A DNA stretch of 64,000 nucleotides from a virus (IMGVR_UViG_3300034101_006325:136304-200303); one strand, 5' to 3'. Shown: positions 20,520 to 30,660, counted from the stretch's first letter. Notes: generated from the sequence alone by a model not told the origin. Numbers and translations are program-made.

Positions 20520-21421
20520 GAATAATGGTAACTGGGGGCAGAGGTTTTATTGGCAGCCATTTTGTGGAATTAGCTCTTCAAAATAATCATACAATTATTG
20601 ATGTTGATTTAATGACATATTGTTCAAATAGTTCTCTTCCGTGGGATAATCATGAAAATTACAAACATCTTAAACAAGACATTGTTGATATTAAGCATCT
20701 TCCCTTTTGTGATGTAGTTGTAAACTTTGCTGCAGAAACTCATGTTGATAATTCAATTACTTACTCTCTAGACTTTGCAAGAACTAATTTTAATGGAGTT
20801 CATAATCTTCTTAACCTCATTAGAGGAAAAGTTTATGAAAGGCCATATTTCGTCCAAATTAGCACGGATGAAGTTTATGGCGACATAAAAGAAGGAGAAT
20901 TTAATGAGTCAAGTCCTTTAAAACCCTCCAATCCATATAGCGCAACCAAAGCAGCTGCGGAACATTTAGTGACCAGTTACTCAAGAACATATGGCATCGA
21001 TTATCTCATTACAAGAAGTTCAAACAATTACGGACCTCGCCAGTATGAAGAAAAGCTGATATCTAAAACAATTAGCTGTTTAAAAGAAAATAGAAAAATT
21101 CCTCTTCATGGAGATGGGTCTTACCTTAGAGACTGGATTTATGTTAAGGATAATGCAAAAGCTATTCTTGAATTAGTTGAATCAAATATAAAAAATGAAA
21201 CTTTTAATATTTCTGGCGATCTTCACCTGAGTAACAAAGAAGTCGTAATGCAAGTATGCAATTGGCTTGGTATTTCTAACTGGGAAGATCGTGTTGTTTA
21301 CACTGAGAATAGGCTCGGGCAAGATTTAAGATATTCAATAACAAGTAATAAATTAAAAGAATTTGGAATTAGAATTCCTAAAAAAGAAAAATTGCACAAT
21401 TTTTTAGAGGATATTAAGTGA
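20516..21421 (+). CDS. rfbB: dTDP-glucose 4,6-dehydratase
   Basis: VTGGRGFIG, NFAAETHVDNS, QISTDEVYG, PYSATKA, SSNNYGPRQYEEKLI, RDWIYV. Confidence 0.92.
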   Translation: MRIMVTGGRGFIGSHFVELALQNNHTIIDVDLMTYCSNSSLPWDNHENYKHLKQDIVDIKHLPFCDVVVNFAAETHVDNSITYSLDFARTNFNGVHNLLNLIRGKVYERPYFVQISTDEVYGDIKEGEFNESSPLKPSNPYSATKAAAEHLVTSYSRTYGIDYLITRSSNNYGPRQYEEKLISKTISCLKENRKIPLHGDGSYLRDWIYVKDNAKAILELVESNIKNETFNISGDLHLSNKEVVMQVCNWLGISNWEDRVVYTENRLGQDLRYSITSNKLKEFGIRIPKKEKLHNFLEDIK

Positions 21422-22317
21422 GAAATTATTGCACTTTAGGAGATCACAGATACCTTCCACAGTTAATATGTCTGATCGATTCAATTATTGAAAATTTTAA
21501 TCATGAATATAAAATTCATGTATTGTGTCTTGATGATAAAGTTTTTAATTGCTTAGATAAGAAATACAAAAATATAAATCTGTATCCAATCAATAAGATT
21601 GAAGAAGATTTTAGCATTAAGGCTTTGAGATATCTTCCCGCAGGCCAAGAAGCAATTTCAAATGCTATGTCTTCCAATAAAGACCCGCAATTTGTTCAAT
21701 TTTGCTGGGCTTTAGCTCCATGCTTTACCGATTGGGTTATGCAACGAATAAAACAGTCTTGCACGTATGTCGATGCAGATCTTTTTTTCTTCAATGACAC
21801 AAGTCAATTTTTTAATGAATTAGGAAAAAAATCAATAGGATTGGTTAGACATAGAATCGATTACATCTATACTAGTGGAGAATTTAATGTAGGAATTGTG
21901 CATTTTGAGCATGATGGTCCCGGCAGATCTGCACTAAAATTTTGGTGTGATGCAATGAAAAATCCTAGAAATCAATACTCTCTAGGCTATGGAACTTGCG
22001 GTGATCAAAAATATCTCGAAGCAATTAATTCCATTTATAGAGATGATGTTTCTATTGTTGATAAAAATTTTGGTCATCTCGCACCTTGGAATATAACATT
22101 TCATAAGTACGAAAATGATAAAATTATATGGAACAACACGCAGCAGGACTTGGTGTACTTCCATTTTGCTCACTTTGTAGTTGAAGAAAATGGTTACAGA
22201 GGATCATATAAAAATGAATGGATATGGGGTGATCCTGTTAATCATGATTCTTATGTTAAAAAACTTTATGATCTTTATTATAAAAAAATGATTGAATCCA
22301 TCAAGGAGACTTTATGA
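21418..22317 (+). CDS. GT-A fold glycosyltransferase (GT8-like)
   Basis: YVDADLFFF (DxD), FNVG, DQKYL, HFAH; GTG start with overlap. Confidence 0.7.
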   Translation: MRNYCTLGDHRYLPQLICLIDSIIENFNHEYKIHVLCLDDKVFNCLDKKYKNINLYPINKIEEDFSIKALRYLPAGQEAISNAMSSNKDPQFVQFCWALAPCFTDWVMQRIKQSCTYVDADLFFFNDTSQFFNELGKKSIGLVRHRIDYIYTSGEFNVGIVHFEHDGPGRSALKFWCDAMKNPRNQYSLGYGTCGDQKYLEAINSIYRDDVSIVDKNFGHLAPWNITFHKYENDKIIWNNTQQDLVYFHFAHFVVEENGYRGSYKNEWIWGDPVNHDSYVKKLYDLYYKKMIESIKETL

Positions 22318-23195
22318 AAATTTCTGCAGCAATGATTGTTTTAAACGGTGACCATGTGTTGCAACAATCTTTAGCAAGTATTTATAATTTTGTTGATGAG
22401 ATTGTAATTGCAGAAGGTCCTGTTAAATTTTGGCAGTCTAAAGGGATCACAAAATCTACAGACAACACATTGGAAATAATAAAAAGCTTTCATGACCCTT
22501 CCAGAAAAATCAAATTAATTTCTTCTCAATATGAAGAAAAGAACGAGCAATTCACGGCAGCATTAAATTTATTGTCAAGTAATCCAAATTATCTTCTACA
22601 AGTCGATGCAGATGAGGTATGGACCGAAGAATCTTTAAAAAATCTTAAAAATTTATTACAAGATAGGCAACCAGTATCTGTAGGCATCCATTCAAATACT
22701 TTTGTTGGAGGATTTGACAGAGTCATCTCAGGCTTTGAAGAAAATACAGATAATTTTTTAAGAGTTTTTAAATGGGAAGATGAATGCAAATTTATAACAC
22801 ATCGACCGCCAACTATTAGATACAAAGATGGCAATCAAACAAGAGGTAAAAATCACATAGATTCAGACGAAGCAAGAGATTATTACAATATCTCAATGTG
22901 TCATTATTCTTATGTGTGGCCTTCTCAAGTCAAATCAAAAATAGAATATTACAAAGCTAAAGTCTCTATGCAAAATTGCATACCTGATTTTTATGAAAAT
23001 TACTGGCTCCCGTGGACTAAATCAACAACAATTGAAGAAAAATGGGAAATTGAAAAAAGAATAATGGGAATGCATGAATTTAGACCTGAAGTTAGAGGAC
23101 CAGCATTTACTAAAGAATTTAAAGGTACGCATCCAATACAAATTACCAACAATAAATTAAATTTATTAAATAGAATTAAGAAAGAAATAGAATAA
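22314..23195 (+). CDS. GT2-family glycosyltransferase
   Basis: ISAAMIVLN, VDEIVIAEG, STDNT, QVDADEVW, MCHYSYV. Confidence 0.75.
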   Translation: MKISAAMIVLNGDHVLQQSLASIYNFVDEIVIAEGPVKFWQSKGITKSTDNTLEIIKSFHDPSRKIKLISSQYEEKNEQFTAALNLLSSNPNYLLQVDADEVWTEESLKNLKNLLQDRQPVSVGIHSNTFVGGFDRVISGFEENTDNFLRVFKWEDECKFITHRPPTIRYKDGNQTRGKNHIDSDEARDYYNISMCHYSYVWPSQVKSKIEYYKAKVSMQNCIPDFYENYWLPWTKSTTIEEKWEIEKRIMGMHEFRPEVRGPAFTKEFKGTHPIQITNNKLNLLNRIKKEIE

Positions 23196-23936
23196 ATGGT
23201 TGCTTCATCTTATGCTATAGGAACAAATCCGTGGAATAGAGATGATATGATAAGTCATCTTAAAGAATTTTTAAATATTTATAAAAACAAACCAATAGAT
23301 GACAACAGTGGGGGACAAAAAGCTGCTCAACTTTTTTATTCATGGTATGTTGTAAAAAAAATTAAACCAAAAATTATTATTGAAAGCGGAGTATTTAAGG
23401 GACAAGGAACATGGGCATTTGAACAAGCTTCACCCGAATCTGAACTAATATGTTTAGATCCGTATTTGGAAAAATGGGGCGGTTATAGATCAAAAAAACC
23501 GCAATATCTTCAAAAAGATTTTAAAGAAATTAATTGGGACCACATTGAAGATAAATCTAATGTTTTGTGTTTTTTTGATGATCATCAAAATGCATTTAAT
23601 AGAATAGTTCAAATGAAACTTTTTGGTTTTAAAGTTGCAATGTTTGAAGATAACTACCCAGAAGGGCATGGAGACTGTTTATCTTTAAAGAAAATATTTG
23701 AAAATTCAGAGGCCTATCAAATATTGCCAGAATTAACATGCAAAGATTATCTTGAAAAAGTTGTAAAATGCTATCATGAACTTCCGCCTATTTGTTCTCT
23801 AGCAAAAACAAGATGGAATACTGAATGGAACGATTATCGTTCTAACAAACCCTTGCTTGAAGAATTAAATGATGAATTAGTTATTTTTCAAGATGAAATG
23901 GATCAGTATACTTGGATAAATTATGTTGAGTTATAA
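23196..23936 (+). CDS. Class I SAM-dependent methyltransferase-like protein
   Basis: IIIESGVFKGQGTW, ICLDP, FFDDH; found in a glycan cluster. Confidence 0.5.
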   Translation: MVASSYAIGTNPWNRDDMISHLKEFLNIYKNKPIDDNSGGQKAAQLFYSWYVVKKIKPKIIIESGVFKGQGTWAFEQASPESELICLDPYLEKWGGYRSKKPQYLQKDFKEINWDHIEDKSNVLCFFDDHQNAFNRIVQMKLFGFKVAMFEDNYPEGHGDCLSLKKIFENSEAYQILPELTCKDYLEKVVKCYHELPPICSLAKTRWNTEWNDYRSNKPLLEELNDELVIFQDEMDQYTWINYVEL

Positions 23937-23953
23937 TGTAAAGAGTTATTGCT

Positions 23954-24556
23954 ATGAGTTGGCAAGAGTCTGATAAAATTGTAGATCAAATGATCAGAGG
24001 ATCCAATGGATCTCTGTGGGGATTTAAATTAGAACAATCAAGTCATTTTCCTATTCTAGAAAAATTATTAAAAATCTCAGGACAAAAAGATCTACTTGTT
24101 GACATTGGATGTGGAGCAGGAGATGTTTCACGTTCTTGGAATGGAGATTATCTTGGAGTTGATTTAGACTGGGTTATAAAAAGAGTATCAAGAATTTGCA
24201 ATCCTAGTAAAACTTTTTTAAGTCTAGACATTACGTCTAAAGATACTTTTTATGATATTCCTAAATCTAATTGTTTGCTAATGAATGCATTTCTTGACGT
24301 TCAAGAAAATCCTTTAGAAGTTCTTGAAAAATTTTGTAGACAAGTTGATACAAACTGGATAATTGTTCATAGGCAAAGAATAAGGAATATTGAAAAAACA
24401 AAAATTGAATATGTTCCTGGCTACGGCGGTTCTTTAATACCTTCTTCTGTTATTTCTTTTAAAGAAATAAATGATATTAAACAAAAATATTCTAAAGAAT
24501 TTTTAATTGGATTGTGGGAAAATGATTGGTATTCATTTGCAATGAGAATCAAATAA
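23954..24556 (+). CDS. Class I SAM-dependent methyltransferase
   Basis: LVDIGCGAG, YLGVDL; stop overlaps the aminotransferase start (TAATG). Confidence 0.75.
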   Translation: MSWQESDKIVDQMIRGSNGSLWGFKLEQSSHFPILEKLLKISGQKDLLVDIGCGAGDVSRSWNGDYLGVDLDWVIKRVSRICNPSKTFLSLDITSKDTFYDIPKSNCLLMNAFLDVQENPLEVLEKFCRQVDTNWIIVHRQRIRNIEKTKIEYVPGYGGSLIPSSVISFKEINDIKQKYSKEFLIGLWENDWYSFAMRIK

Positions 24557-25617
24557 TGAAATTTGTAGATCTACAATTTGAAAATAAAAATGCAAAACTA
24601 TCATCAAAAAATAGTTTTAAACTTATTGAAAAAACTGGAAAGTATCTTCTTGGAGAATATTTAGAAAATTTTGAAAATCAATTTGCTAAGGATCAAGATA
24701 AAAAATATTGCATAGGCGTAAAAAATGCGACGGATGCGCTTGCAATATCATTTAAAGCTCTTGGATCAGAAAATAGAACCGTTATTATTCCTCAATTTGG
24801 TGCATATCCTACTGTGATGGCAGCGATTCAAGCTAATTCAAAAAATATAATAGCTGCTCCCGTAGATGAAACTTTATGTCTTAATCTCGAGGATGTTAAA
24901 ATACCAGATAATAGCATAATCGTTCCTGTCAATCTATTTGGAAATGAATCAAATTTAACTTACTTAAGAAAAAGAGCAGATGAAACAAATAGTCATATTG
25001 TAGAAGACTGTGCTCAATCAACAGGAATTCCTAATAATAATCTAAGTGATGTCTCTATTCATAGTTTTTATCCTACTAAACCGCTTGGTTGTCAAGGAGA
25101 TGGCGGGGCAATTCTCACGAATGATGAAAGAATTGCTAAATTCTGTAAACAAGCAAGATTTTATGGTCTTAATGATGGAATAATTGATTCCTGGGGTTTT
25201 AATAGTAGAATGGACGAGTGGCAATCCTGCTTTTTAACATCAAAACTATCATACTATAGAAATTTAAATGACACTAGAAAAGAAAATGCAAATTTATACA
25301 ATCAAATTCTAAATAAGAGCATTAGATACACAGAAAATTGCGTTTATCATCAGTATGTAAGTCTTTGGAAGGATAGAAAGTATATTCAAAAAAAATTATC
25401 AGAAAAAGGCATTCCTACGATGATTCATTACCCTAAAATGTTAATTGATATGCCATACCTTCGGGACAAAGTTAAATTTGTCAATGAGTGTCCAAGAGTT
25501 TCTGATTATATTCTGTCAATTCCAGTGGGGCCACATCTTACAAATCAAAATATTAAAAAAATAAAAAAAGAAATCAATAGCTTAAAGAGTAATTTAATTG
25601 ATTTTAAAGAAATTTAA
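24556..25617 (+). CDS. DegT/DnrJ/EryC1/StrS PLP-dependent sugar aminotransferase (FdtB-like)
   Basis: NATDAL, PVNLFG, VEDCAQS, SFYPTKPLGCQGDGGA (PLP Lys), NSRMDEWQ, VYHQY; start refined to MKFVDL. Confidence 0.9.
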   Translation: MKFVDLQFENKNAKLSSKNSFKLIEKTGKYLLGEYLENFENQFAKDQDKKYCIGVKNATDALAISFKALGSENRTVIIPQFGAYPTVMAAIQANSKNIIAAPVDETLCLNLEDVKIPDNSIIVPVNLFGNESNLTYLRKRADETNSHIVEDCAQSTGIPNNNLSDVSIHSFYPTKPLGCQGDGGAILTNDERIAKFCKQARFYGLNDGIIDSWGFNSRMDEWQSCFLTSKLSYYRNLNDTRKENANLYNQILNKSIRYTENCVYHQYVSLWKDRKYIQKKLSEKGIPTMIHYPKMLIDMPYLRDKVKFVNECPRVSDYILSIPVGPHLTNQNIKKIKKEINSLKSNLIDFKEI

Positions 25618-25656
25618 AATTTCTTTTTGACACTACGCTAAAAAGACTATCATAAA

Positions 25657-26622
25657 ATGAAAAAAGCATTTATCACAGGAATTACAGGACAAGACGGATC
25701 ATACTTGACAGAATTACTCCTTCAAAAAGGATATTCTGTAATTGGAATAAAAAGAAGAACTTCTGTATTAAATACTTCCAATATAGATCATCTATATGAA
25801 AATCCTAATCTTAAACTTTTTTATGGAAACATGAATGATGTTGGATCAATGTACCGATTGCTTTCAGAACATCAGCCCGATGAAGTTTACAATTTAGCAG
25901 CTCAATCACATGTAAGAACATCGTTCGATGTGCCAGAAGAAACAGTTGATGCAGTTGCAATGGGAACAATGAGATTATTAGAAGCTTGTAGGAATATTGT
26001 TCCAAAAGTCAAGTTTTATCAAGCTTCTTCTTCTGAAATGTTTGGAGATAATACTGAAGAATTAAAAAATGAAGACACGAGAATGTCTCCCGCATCACCT
26101 TACGCTGCCGCAAAACTTTTTTCACATAATTTAGTTAGAAATTACAGATTAGGTTATGGAATGCACGCATCGTCAGGAATTCTTTTTAATCATGAATCAC
26201 CACGGAGAGGTGAAACTTTTGTTACAAGAAAAATTACGAGAGCTGTTGCTAGAATAAAGCTTGGAAAACAAAATATTTTAAAACTTGGAAACATGGATTC
26301 ATATAGAGACTGGGGATTCGCTGGAGATTATGTCGAAGCTATGTGGCTTATGTTACAACAAGATACTCCTGATGATTATGTTATTGCTACGGGTGAAACA
26401 CGTACAGTCAGAGAATTTGTTGAAAAAACATTTGAATTGGCAGGTTTAGATTATAAAAAATATATTCAGATTGATCCTAGACTTTATCGACCCCACGAAG
26501 TACCTCATCTTCTAGGCGATGCTTCAAAAGCTAAAAAAATATTAGGATGGAAACCAAAACATACTTTTGATGATTTGATAAAATTAATGTATGAGTCAGA
26601 TCTAAAAAATGAACTTATTTAA
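25657..26622 (+). CDS. gmd: GDP-mannose 4,6-dehydratase
   Basis: AFITGITGQDGSYL, YNLAAQSHV, QASSSEMFG, SPYAAAK, LFNHESPRRG, RDWG. Confidence 0.95.
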   Translation: MKKAFITGITGQDGSYLTELLLQKGYSVIGIKRRTSVLNTSNIDHLYENPNLKLFYGNMNDVGSMYRLLSEHQPDEVYNLAAQSHVRTSFDVPEETVDAVAMGTMRLLEACRNIVPKVKFYQASSSEMFGDNTEELKNEDTRMSPASPYAAAKLFSHNLVRNYRLGYGMHASSGILFNHESPRRGETFVTRKITRAVARIKLGKQNILKLGNMDSYRDWGFAGDYVEAMWLMLQQDTPDDYVIATGETRTVREFVEKTFELAGLDYKKYIQIDPRLYRPHEVPHLLGDASKAKKILGWKPKHTFDDLIKLMYESDLKNELI

Positions 26623-26647
26623 TGAATAAATTTAAATACAGTAAACT

Positions 26648-27019
26648 ATGTTAAATTTTGATGATTATACACGTGCAATCGACGATAGAGGGAAATTATT
26701 TGCATTTAATAAATTGCAACAGTTTGATATAAAAAGAGTCTATTTAATAGAACCAGAAAAAAATATCTGGCGCGGAAAACACTTTCATAAAGAATGCACA
26801 CAAATAGTTCTAGTATTCAATGGAGAATTATTTTGCAAAGTCATTAATGAAAATACAAAAGAAGTGAATGAATTTGTGATGCCCGCAGGGACATCTTTTT
26901 GTCAGACTCCTGGTCTAGCTTTTTGTTTTAAAGCAAACTTAGAAGATACCAAAATCTTAGTTCTCTCTAATAGAGAATTTGATAAAAATGATTACTATGA
27001 GGTATCACTAGGTGTCTAG
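26648..27019 (+). CDS. fdtA: FdtA/QdtA-type cupin, dTDP-4-keto-6-deoxyhexose 3,4-ketoisomerase
   Basis: DDRGKL, IKRVYLI, RGKHFHK, LVLSNREFD.YY. Confidence 0.75.
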   Translation: MLNFDDYTRAIDDRGKLFAFNKLQQFDIKRVYLIEPEKNIWRGKHFHKECTQIVLVFNGELFCKVINENTKEVNEFVMPAGTSFCQTPGLAFCFKANLEDTKILVLSNREFDKNDYYEVSLGV

Positions 27020-27650
27020 CATCATAACAAACTCTTGGAATTCTTTTTCAGAAGAATATTCTAAAAATTATTTGAATGATGCTGATTCAGTACTTCCCAA
27101 GACTCTTTCAAATTTTATATTTAAAGAATTTAATACACCTAATTTAATCGATATAGGTTGCGGGAACGCTAGATTCTACAATTATTTGCTAAATGAAAAA
27201 AGAGATTTTAGCTATGAAGGTTTTGATATATCAGCCCCACTCATAAATGCAGCTAAAATTAAATATGAAAAAAATAAAAATTTTTATTGCAAACTAGTTG
27301 ATTCTAGTCTGTCTGATCTAAGACAAATAAATAAAAAATTTGATATAGCTGTATGCACACATCTTGTAGAACTTTGTGAATCGCCAGAAAATCTTTTTTA
27401 TACAATGACAAATTTGTCAGATACAGTCGCTGTAATATGGTATGAGTATCCAAGATTTGAATATACGCAGTTAGAAATTAGAAACTACGTAAGTCATGAC
27501 ATGCAAGAAAAAAAGATAATTACTCCTTATCTTAGAAATAGATATTCAAAATATTATTTGAAATTTTTAATGGATCGTTTCAGCCTTAAATCAATTCATA
27601 AAATTTCCATATCTGAAAAAGATGTTTTAGAAATTTATAAAAAAATATGA
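27012..27650 (+). CDS. Class I SAM-dependent methyltransferase
   Basis: LIDIGCGNA, YEGFDIS, FDIAVCTHLVE; GTG start overlapping fdtA. Confidence 0.8.
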   Translation: MSSIITNSWNSFSEEYSKNYLNDADSVLPKTLSNFIFKEFNTPNLIDIGCGNARFYNYLLNEKRDFSYEGFDISAPLINAAKIKYEKNKNFYCKLVDSSLSDLRQINKKFDIAVCTHLVELCESPENLFYTMTNLSDTVAVIWYEYPRFEYTQLEIRNYVSHDMQEKKIITPYLRNRYSKYYLKFLMDRFSLKSIHKISISEKDVLEIYKKI

Positions 27651-28225
27651 GAAAAGAAACGTTACAGATTATAAAAAATCTGAATAAAAATTTTAAAGGT
27701 GAATATGTTTATGATATGGGTGGCGGCTACAATCCCGTAACTTCTGACATTGTTGGAAATAAAAAAATAAAAGTAGTCGACTATTTTTCAGGGCCAAAAG
27801 TAGACATTATTGACGATCTAACAAAATTAAATTCGATAGAATCGAACTCTGTTGATAATATTTTTTGCTCTGATGCACTAGAACATGTAATTGAACCCTG
27901 GAATGCAATCAAACAATTTCATAGAGTTTTAAAAAATGATGGCATATTGTTTGTTACTGTTCCTTTTATTTGGCATTTTCATGGTCATGAAATTCAAAAA
28001 GAAAATTGGAAAAGTAGGGTTGATTTTTGGCGATTTACACCACAAGCACTAGAGTCTTTGTGTTTTAAGTATTTTGAAAAAATTGATTGCAATTGGGACT
28101 TGGAACCGCCTCTTGGTCCCCAAGAATTACCAATATGGCGTTGCGGCGTATATTACATGGGCAAAAAACTTTCAAGTATAAGAAAAGAAGATTATACACT
28201 AGAAATAACTAGAGACAATTGGTAA
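27647..28225 (+). CDS. Methyltransferase type 11-like
   Basis: YDMGGG, SVDNIFCSDALEHV, RVLKNDG, VPF.W..H, DFWRFT. Confidence 0.8.
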   Translation: MRKETLQIIKNLNKNFKGEYVYDMGGGYNPVTSDIVGNKKIKVVDYFSGPKVDIIDDLTKLNSIESNSVDNIFCSDALEHVIEPWNAIKQFHRVLKNDGILFVTVPFIWHFHGHEIQKENWKSRVDFWRFTPQALESLCFKYFEKIDCNWDLEPPLGPQELPIWRCGVYYMGKKLSSIRKEDYTLEITRDNW

Positions 28226-29295
28226 ACATGGCTTGTATTATTAAAATACCTGACGAAAACTCAAAAGGTGTCGTTACATTCACCACACAAGAAAGAGACA
28301 AATTAATTTTTAATGATAAAGCAATTTTTGAAAAAATTGTTACTTTAAAAAAAGATTATATAGTTGGTCTTCATCACAATTGGCATGATTACAACTTTAG
28401 ATATCATCCTTTGTTTGATTTTAGTATGGCTGGGGAGGGAGATCTTGGCAATTCGGAAGTTCCTCTTATAACTTTAGATGCATGCAATTTCATTCCAGAA
28501 GAATTTCATTCATCGACAGGAGAAAAATTTTGGGATGTAGTCTATGTTACACGTGCTGTCTATTTTAAAAGAGTCGATCTTTTCTTCAAGGCTATAAAGA
28601 AAATTTATGACACAGGTAAAAAAATAAAAGTATTACTTGTTTGTTGCATCCCTCCAGAAGATGCAACTCCTAAAAATGTTATTGAAGACTATCTTTCAAC
28701 TTTTAACGAAGAAGAAAGAAAATATTTTACTTTTCTACCATTAACACATGATTATCCTTTTTGTCTAGATCCGGCATCAATAGGATTTTTTTATAGATCC
28801 TCAAAGATATTTGCCCACTTTGCTAATGATGAAAGAAGATGCAGAGTAGTAGCAAATGCCGCTGCAACATGCATGCCAATAGTTTGTATGTCTGACCCTG
28901 CTTCAATTATTCCAGAACATTTAAAAAAGCCACCATACTGTTATATTGTTAAAAGTGATGATGATTTTTCAAATAAAATTATTCAATCACTTAATGAATA
29001 TGATGAAAATAAAAATTTATTTGAATTATCAAAACATTTTAGTGTAAAACATACAAAACAAGAACTTAAACAACAATTAGAAAAATTTTTAAAAATTTCA
29101 AAAGATAAAATGTTAGATTCTTCTTTTAATTTTTTTAATCTTGACATTAGACTTGGAAGACATCACAGCATCAGCTACGGACCAAATAAAGTCAATATGT
29201 CTTTAGATGAATTTTCTAAAATATTGCTTGATAAACAAAATTTAAGTTTAATATGGGATTCTTCTTGTAAAGATTTTGAAAAGAAAATTTCATGA
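28219..29295 (+). CDS. Glycosyltransferase, GT4-like
   Basis: WDVVYVTR...KRVDLF, YRSSKIF, RVVANAAATCMPIV; start may be 28228. Confidence 0.6.
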   Translation: MVNMACIIKIPDENSKGVVTFTTQERDKLIFNDKAIFEKIVTLKKDYIVGLHHNWHDYNFRYHPLFDFSMAGEGDLGNSEVPLITLDACNFIPEEFHSSTGEKFWDVVYVTRAVYFKRVDLFFKAIKKIYDTGKKIKVLLVCCIPPEDATPKNVIEDYLSTFNEEERKYFTFLPLTHDYPFCLDPASIGFFYRSSKIFAHFANDERRCRVVANAAATCMPIVCMSDPASIIPEHLKKPPYCYIVKSDDDFSNKIIQSLNEYDENKNLFELSKHFSVKHTKQELKQQLEKFLKISKDKMLDSSFNFFNLDIRLGRHHSISYGPNKVNMSLDEFSKILLDKQNLSLIWDSSCKDFEKKIS

Positions 29296-29363
29296 ATCAA
29301 AATCATTTTGATCCAAATTAAAATGGGACAATTGTTTGTTAATTCCTATAAGTAAGAAATTAT

Positions 29364-30059
29364 ATGCATAATATTCATTTAAATTCAATTAATGAAAAAG
29401 GTTATGCATTAATTCCTAATTTTTTAGGAAGCAATGAAGTCAAAAATTTAAAAAATAGCTTATTCAAAATATACAGCAACTATAGATTAGGTGATCAGAT
29501 AGAAATACCCGGAATGTCTACGCCTAAGCAATATAGTACTGGAAAATCCATGAGAATTTATCCTCCTGCATATTGTAATTTTTCTGAAATTGAAAATTTT
29601 AAGAAAGATTGGCTCACACAACTTACTGATGCTTTTTTTGAAGGAGCAAATAATAAAGGACTTCAAGTATTTTCTTCATATGAAACATTGTCTTACAGAG
29701 AAGTCAACGAATTACCTAGAAATTCTCACATGCACGTAGATCCATATCATTCTCTTAAATTTTTTAGTTATTTGACTGATACAACCAAAGAGAATGGCGC
29801 ACTTCAATTAATTCCGGGTACAAGCTGGATTGGCAAAAAAATAAGAAAAGAAAACAGCATTAATGAACTATTGACCAGCGATTTATATACCTTTAAAAAA
29901 AGCAATTATTATAATTCTGATCTTGAAAAAGAAACTACTTTTATCGAAGGTAAAGCTGGCGATCTAATAATTCTAGATACAGATACTGTGCATTGTGGGG
30001 GTATTCTTGTAAAGCCAGGGCTAGAAAGACTTACAATAATCTATCACAATAGGAAATAG
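29364..30059 (+). CDS. Phytanoyl-CoA dioxygenase-like 2OG-Fe(II) oxygenase
   Basis: EKGYALIPNFL, HVD, YLTDTTKENGALQLIPGT, AGDLIILDTDTVHCG, distal Arg. Confidence 0.85.
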   Translation: MHNIHLNSINEKGYALIPNFLGSNEVKNLKNSLFKIYSNYRLGDQIEIPGMSTPKQYSTGKSMRIYPPAYCNFSEIENFKKDWLTQLTDAFFEGANNKGLQVFSSYETLSYREVNELPRNSHMHVDPYHSLKFFSYLTDTTKENGALQLIPGTSWIGKKIRKENSINELLTSDLYTFKKSNYYNSDLEKETTFIEGKAGDLIILDTDTVHCGGILVKPGLERLTIIYHNRK

Positions 30060-30060
30060 T

Positions 30061-30660
30061 ATGAAAACTTGTGCCATTGTAGGAAATTCTTCTTGTTTAT
30101 TGGATAAAAGTTATGGAAGTTTTATCGATAGTCATGATGAAGTTATAAGATTTAACATGGCACGAACAAGAGGATTTAAAAAATATGTTGGAACAAAAAC
30201 GACAATAAGATTTTGTAATCAACACATTGTTATGTCCAATTTTTCAGACGATTATTTAAAAGAACAGCTTAAAGTCTTTCCAGAATGGGACAATAAAGAA
30301 ATTCTAACGTGGGAAAAACAAAAATTATTTTTTAAATATAGCAAAGAGCTTAAAGGAACAGAGCTTGAATCTCAGTTGTTTTCTAAAAACAATGAGATTT
30401 ACTACATAAGTGATTTAGAAATAATAAAATTAAAAAGAAAATTAAATGTAGAACCTACAATGGGGTTAGTGGGATTAGATTATGCTTTGACATTTTTTAG
30501 TACAATAAATTGCTTTGGTTTTGATTTTTATAAAAATCAAAACAGATCTTTTCATTATTTTGAAAAAACAATACCTTATAAATCTTGCCATGATCATAAA
30601 GAAGAAAAGAAATTCTTCAAAGATGCTGAAGAATCAGGAAAGATAAAAATTTATAGATGA
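30061..30660 (+). CDS. GT29-family sialyltransferase-like protein
   Basis: Sialylmotif L (CAIVGNSSCLLDKSYGSFIDSHDEVIRFNMA...VGTKTT), S-like (PTMG...INCFGFDF), III (HYFE), VS-like (HDHKEE). Confidence 0.85.
   Translation: MKTCAIVGNSSCLLDKSYGSFIDSHDEVIRFNMARTRGFKKYVGTKTTIRFCNQHIVMSNFSDDYLKEQLKVFPEWDNKEILTWEKQKLFFKYSKELKGTELESQLFSKNNEIYYISDLEIIKLKRKLNVEPTMGLVGLDYALTFFSTINCFGFDFYKNQNRSFHYFEKTIPYKSCHDHKEEKKFFKDAEESGKIKIYR

Noticed and set aside
29296-29312. 17-bp palindrome ATCAAAAT-C-ATTTTGAT at the left edge of the sialylation module
   Set aside because: Single AT-rich occurrence with no second copy at the other boundary and no T-tract; could be chance.
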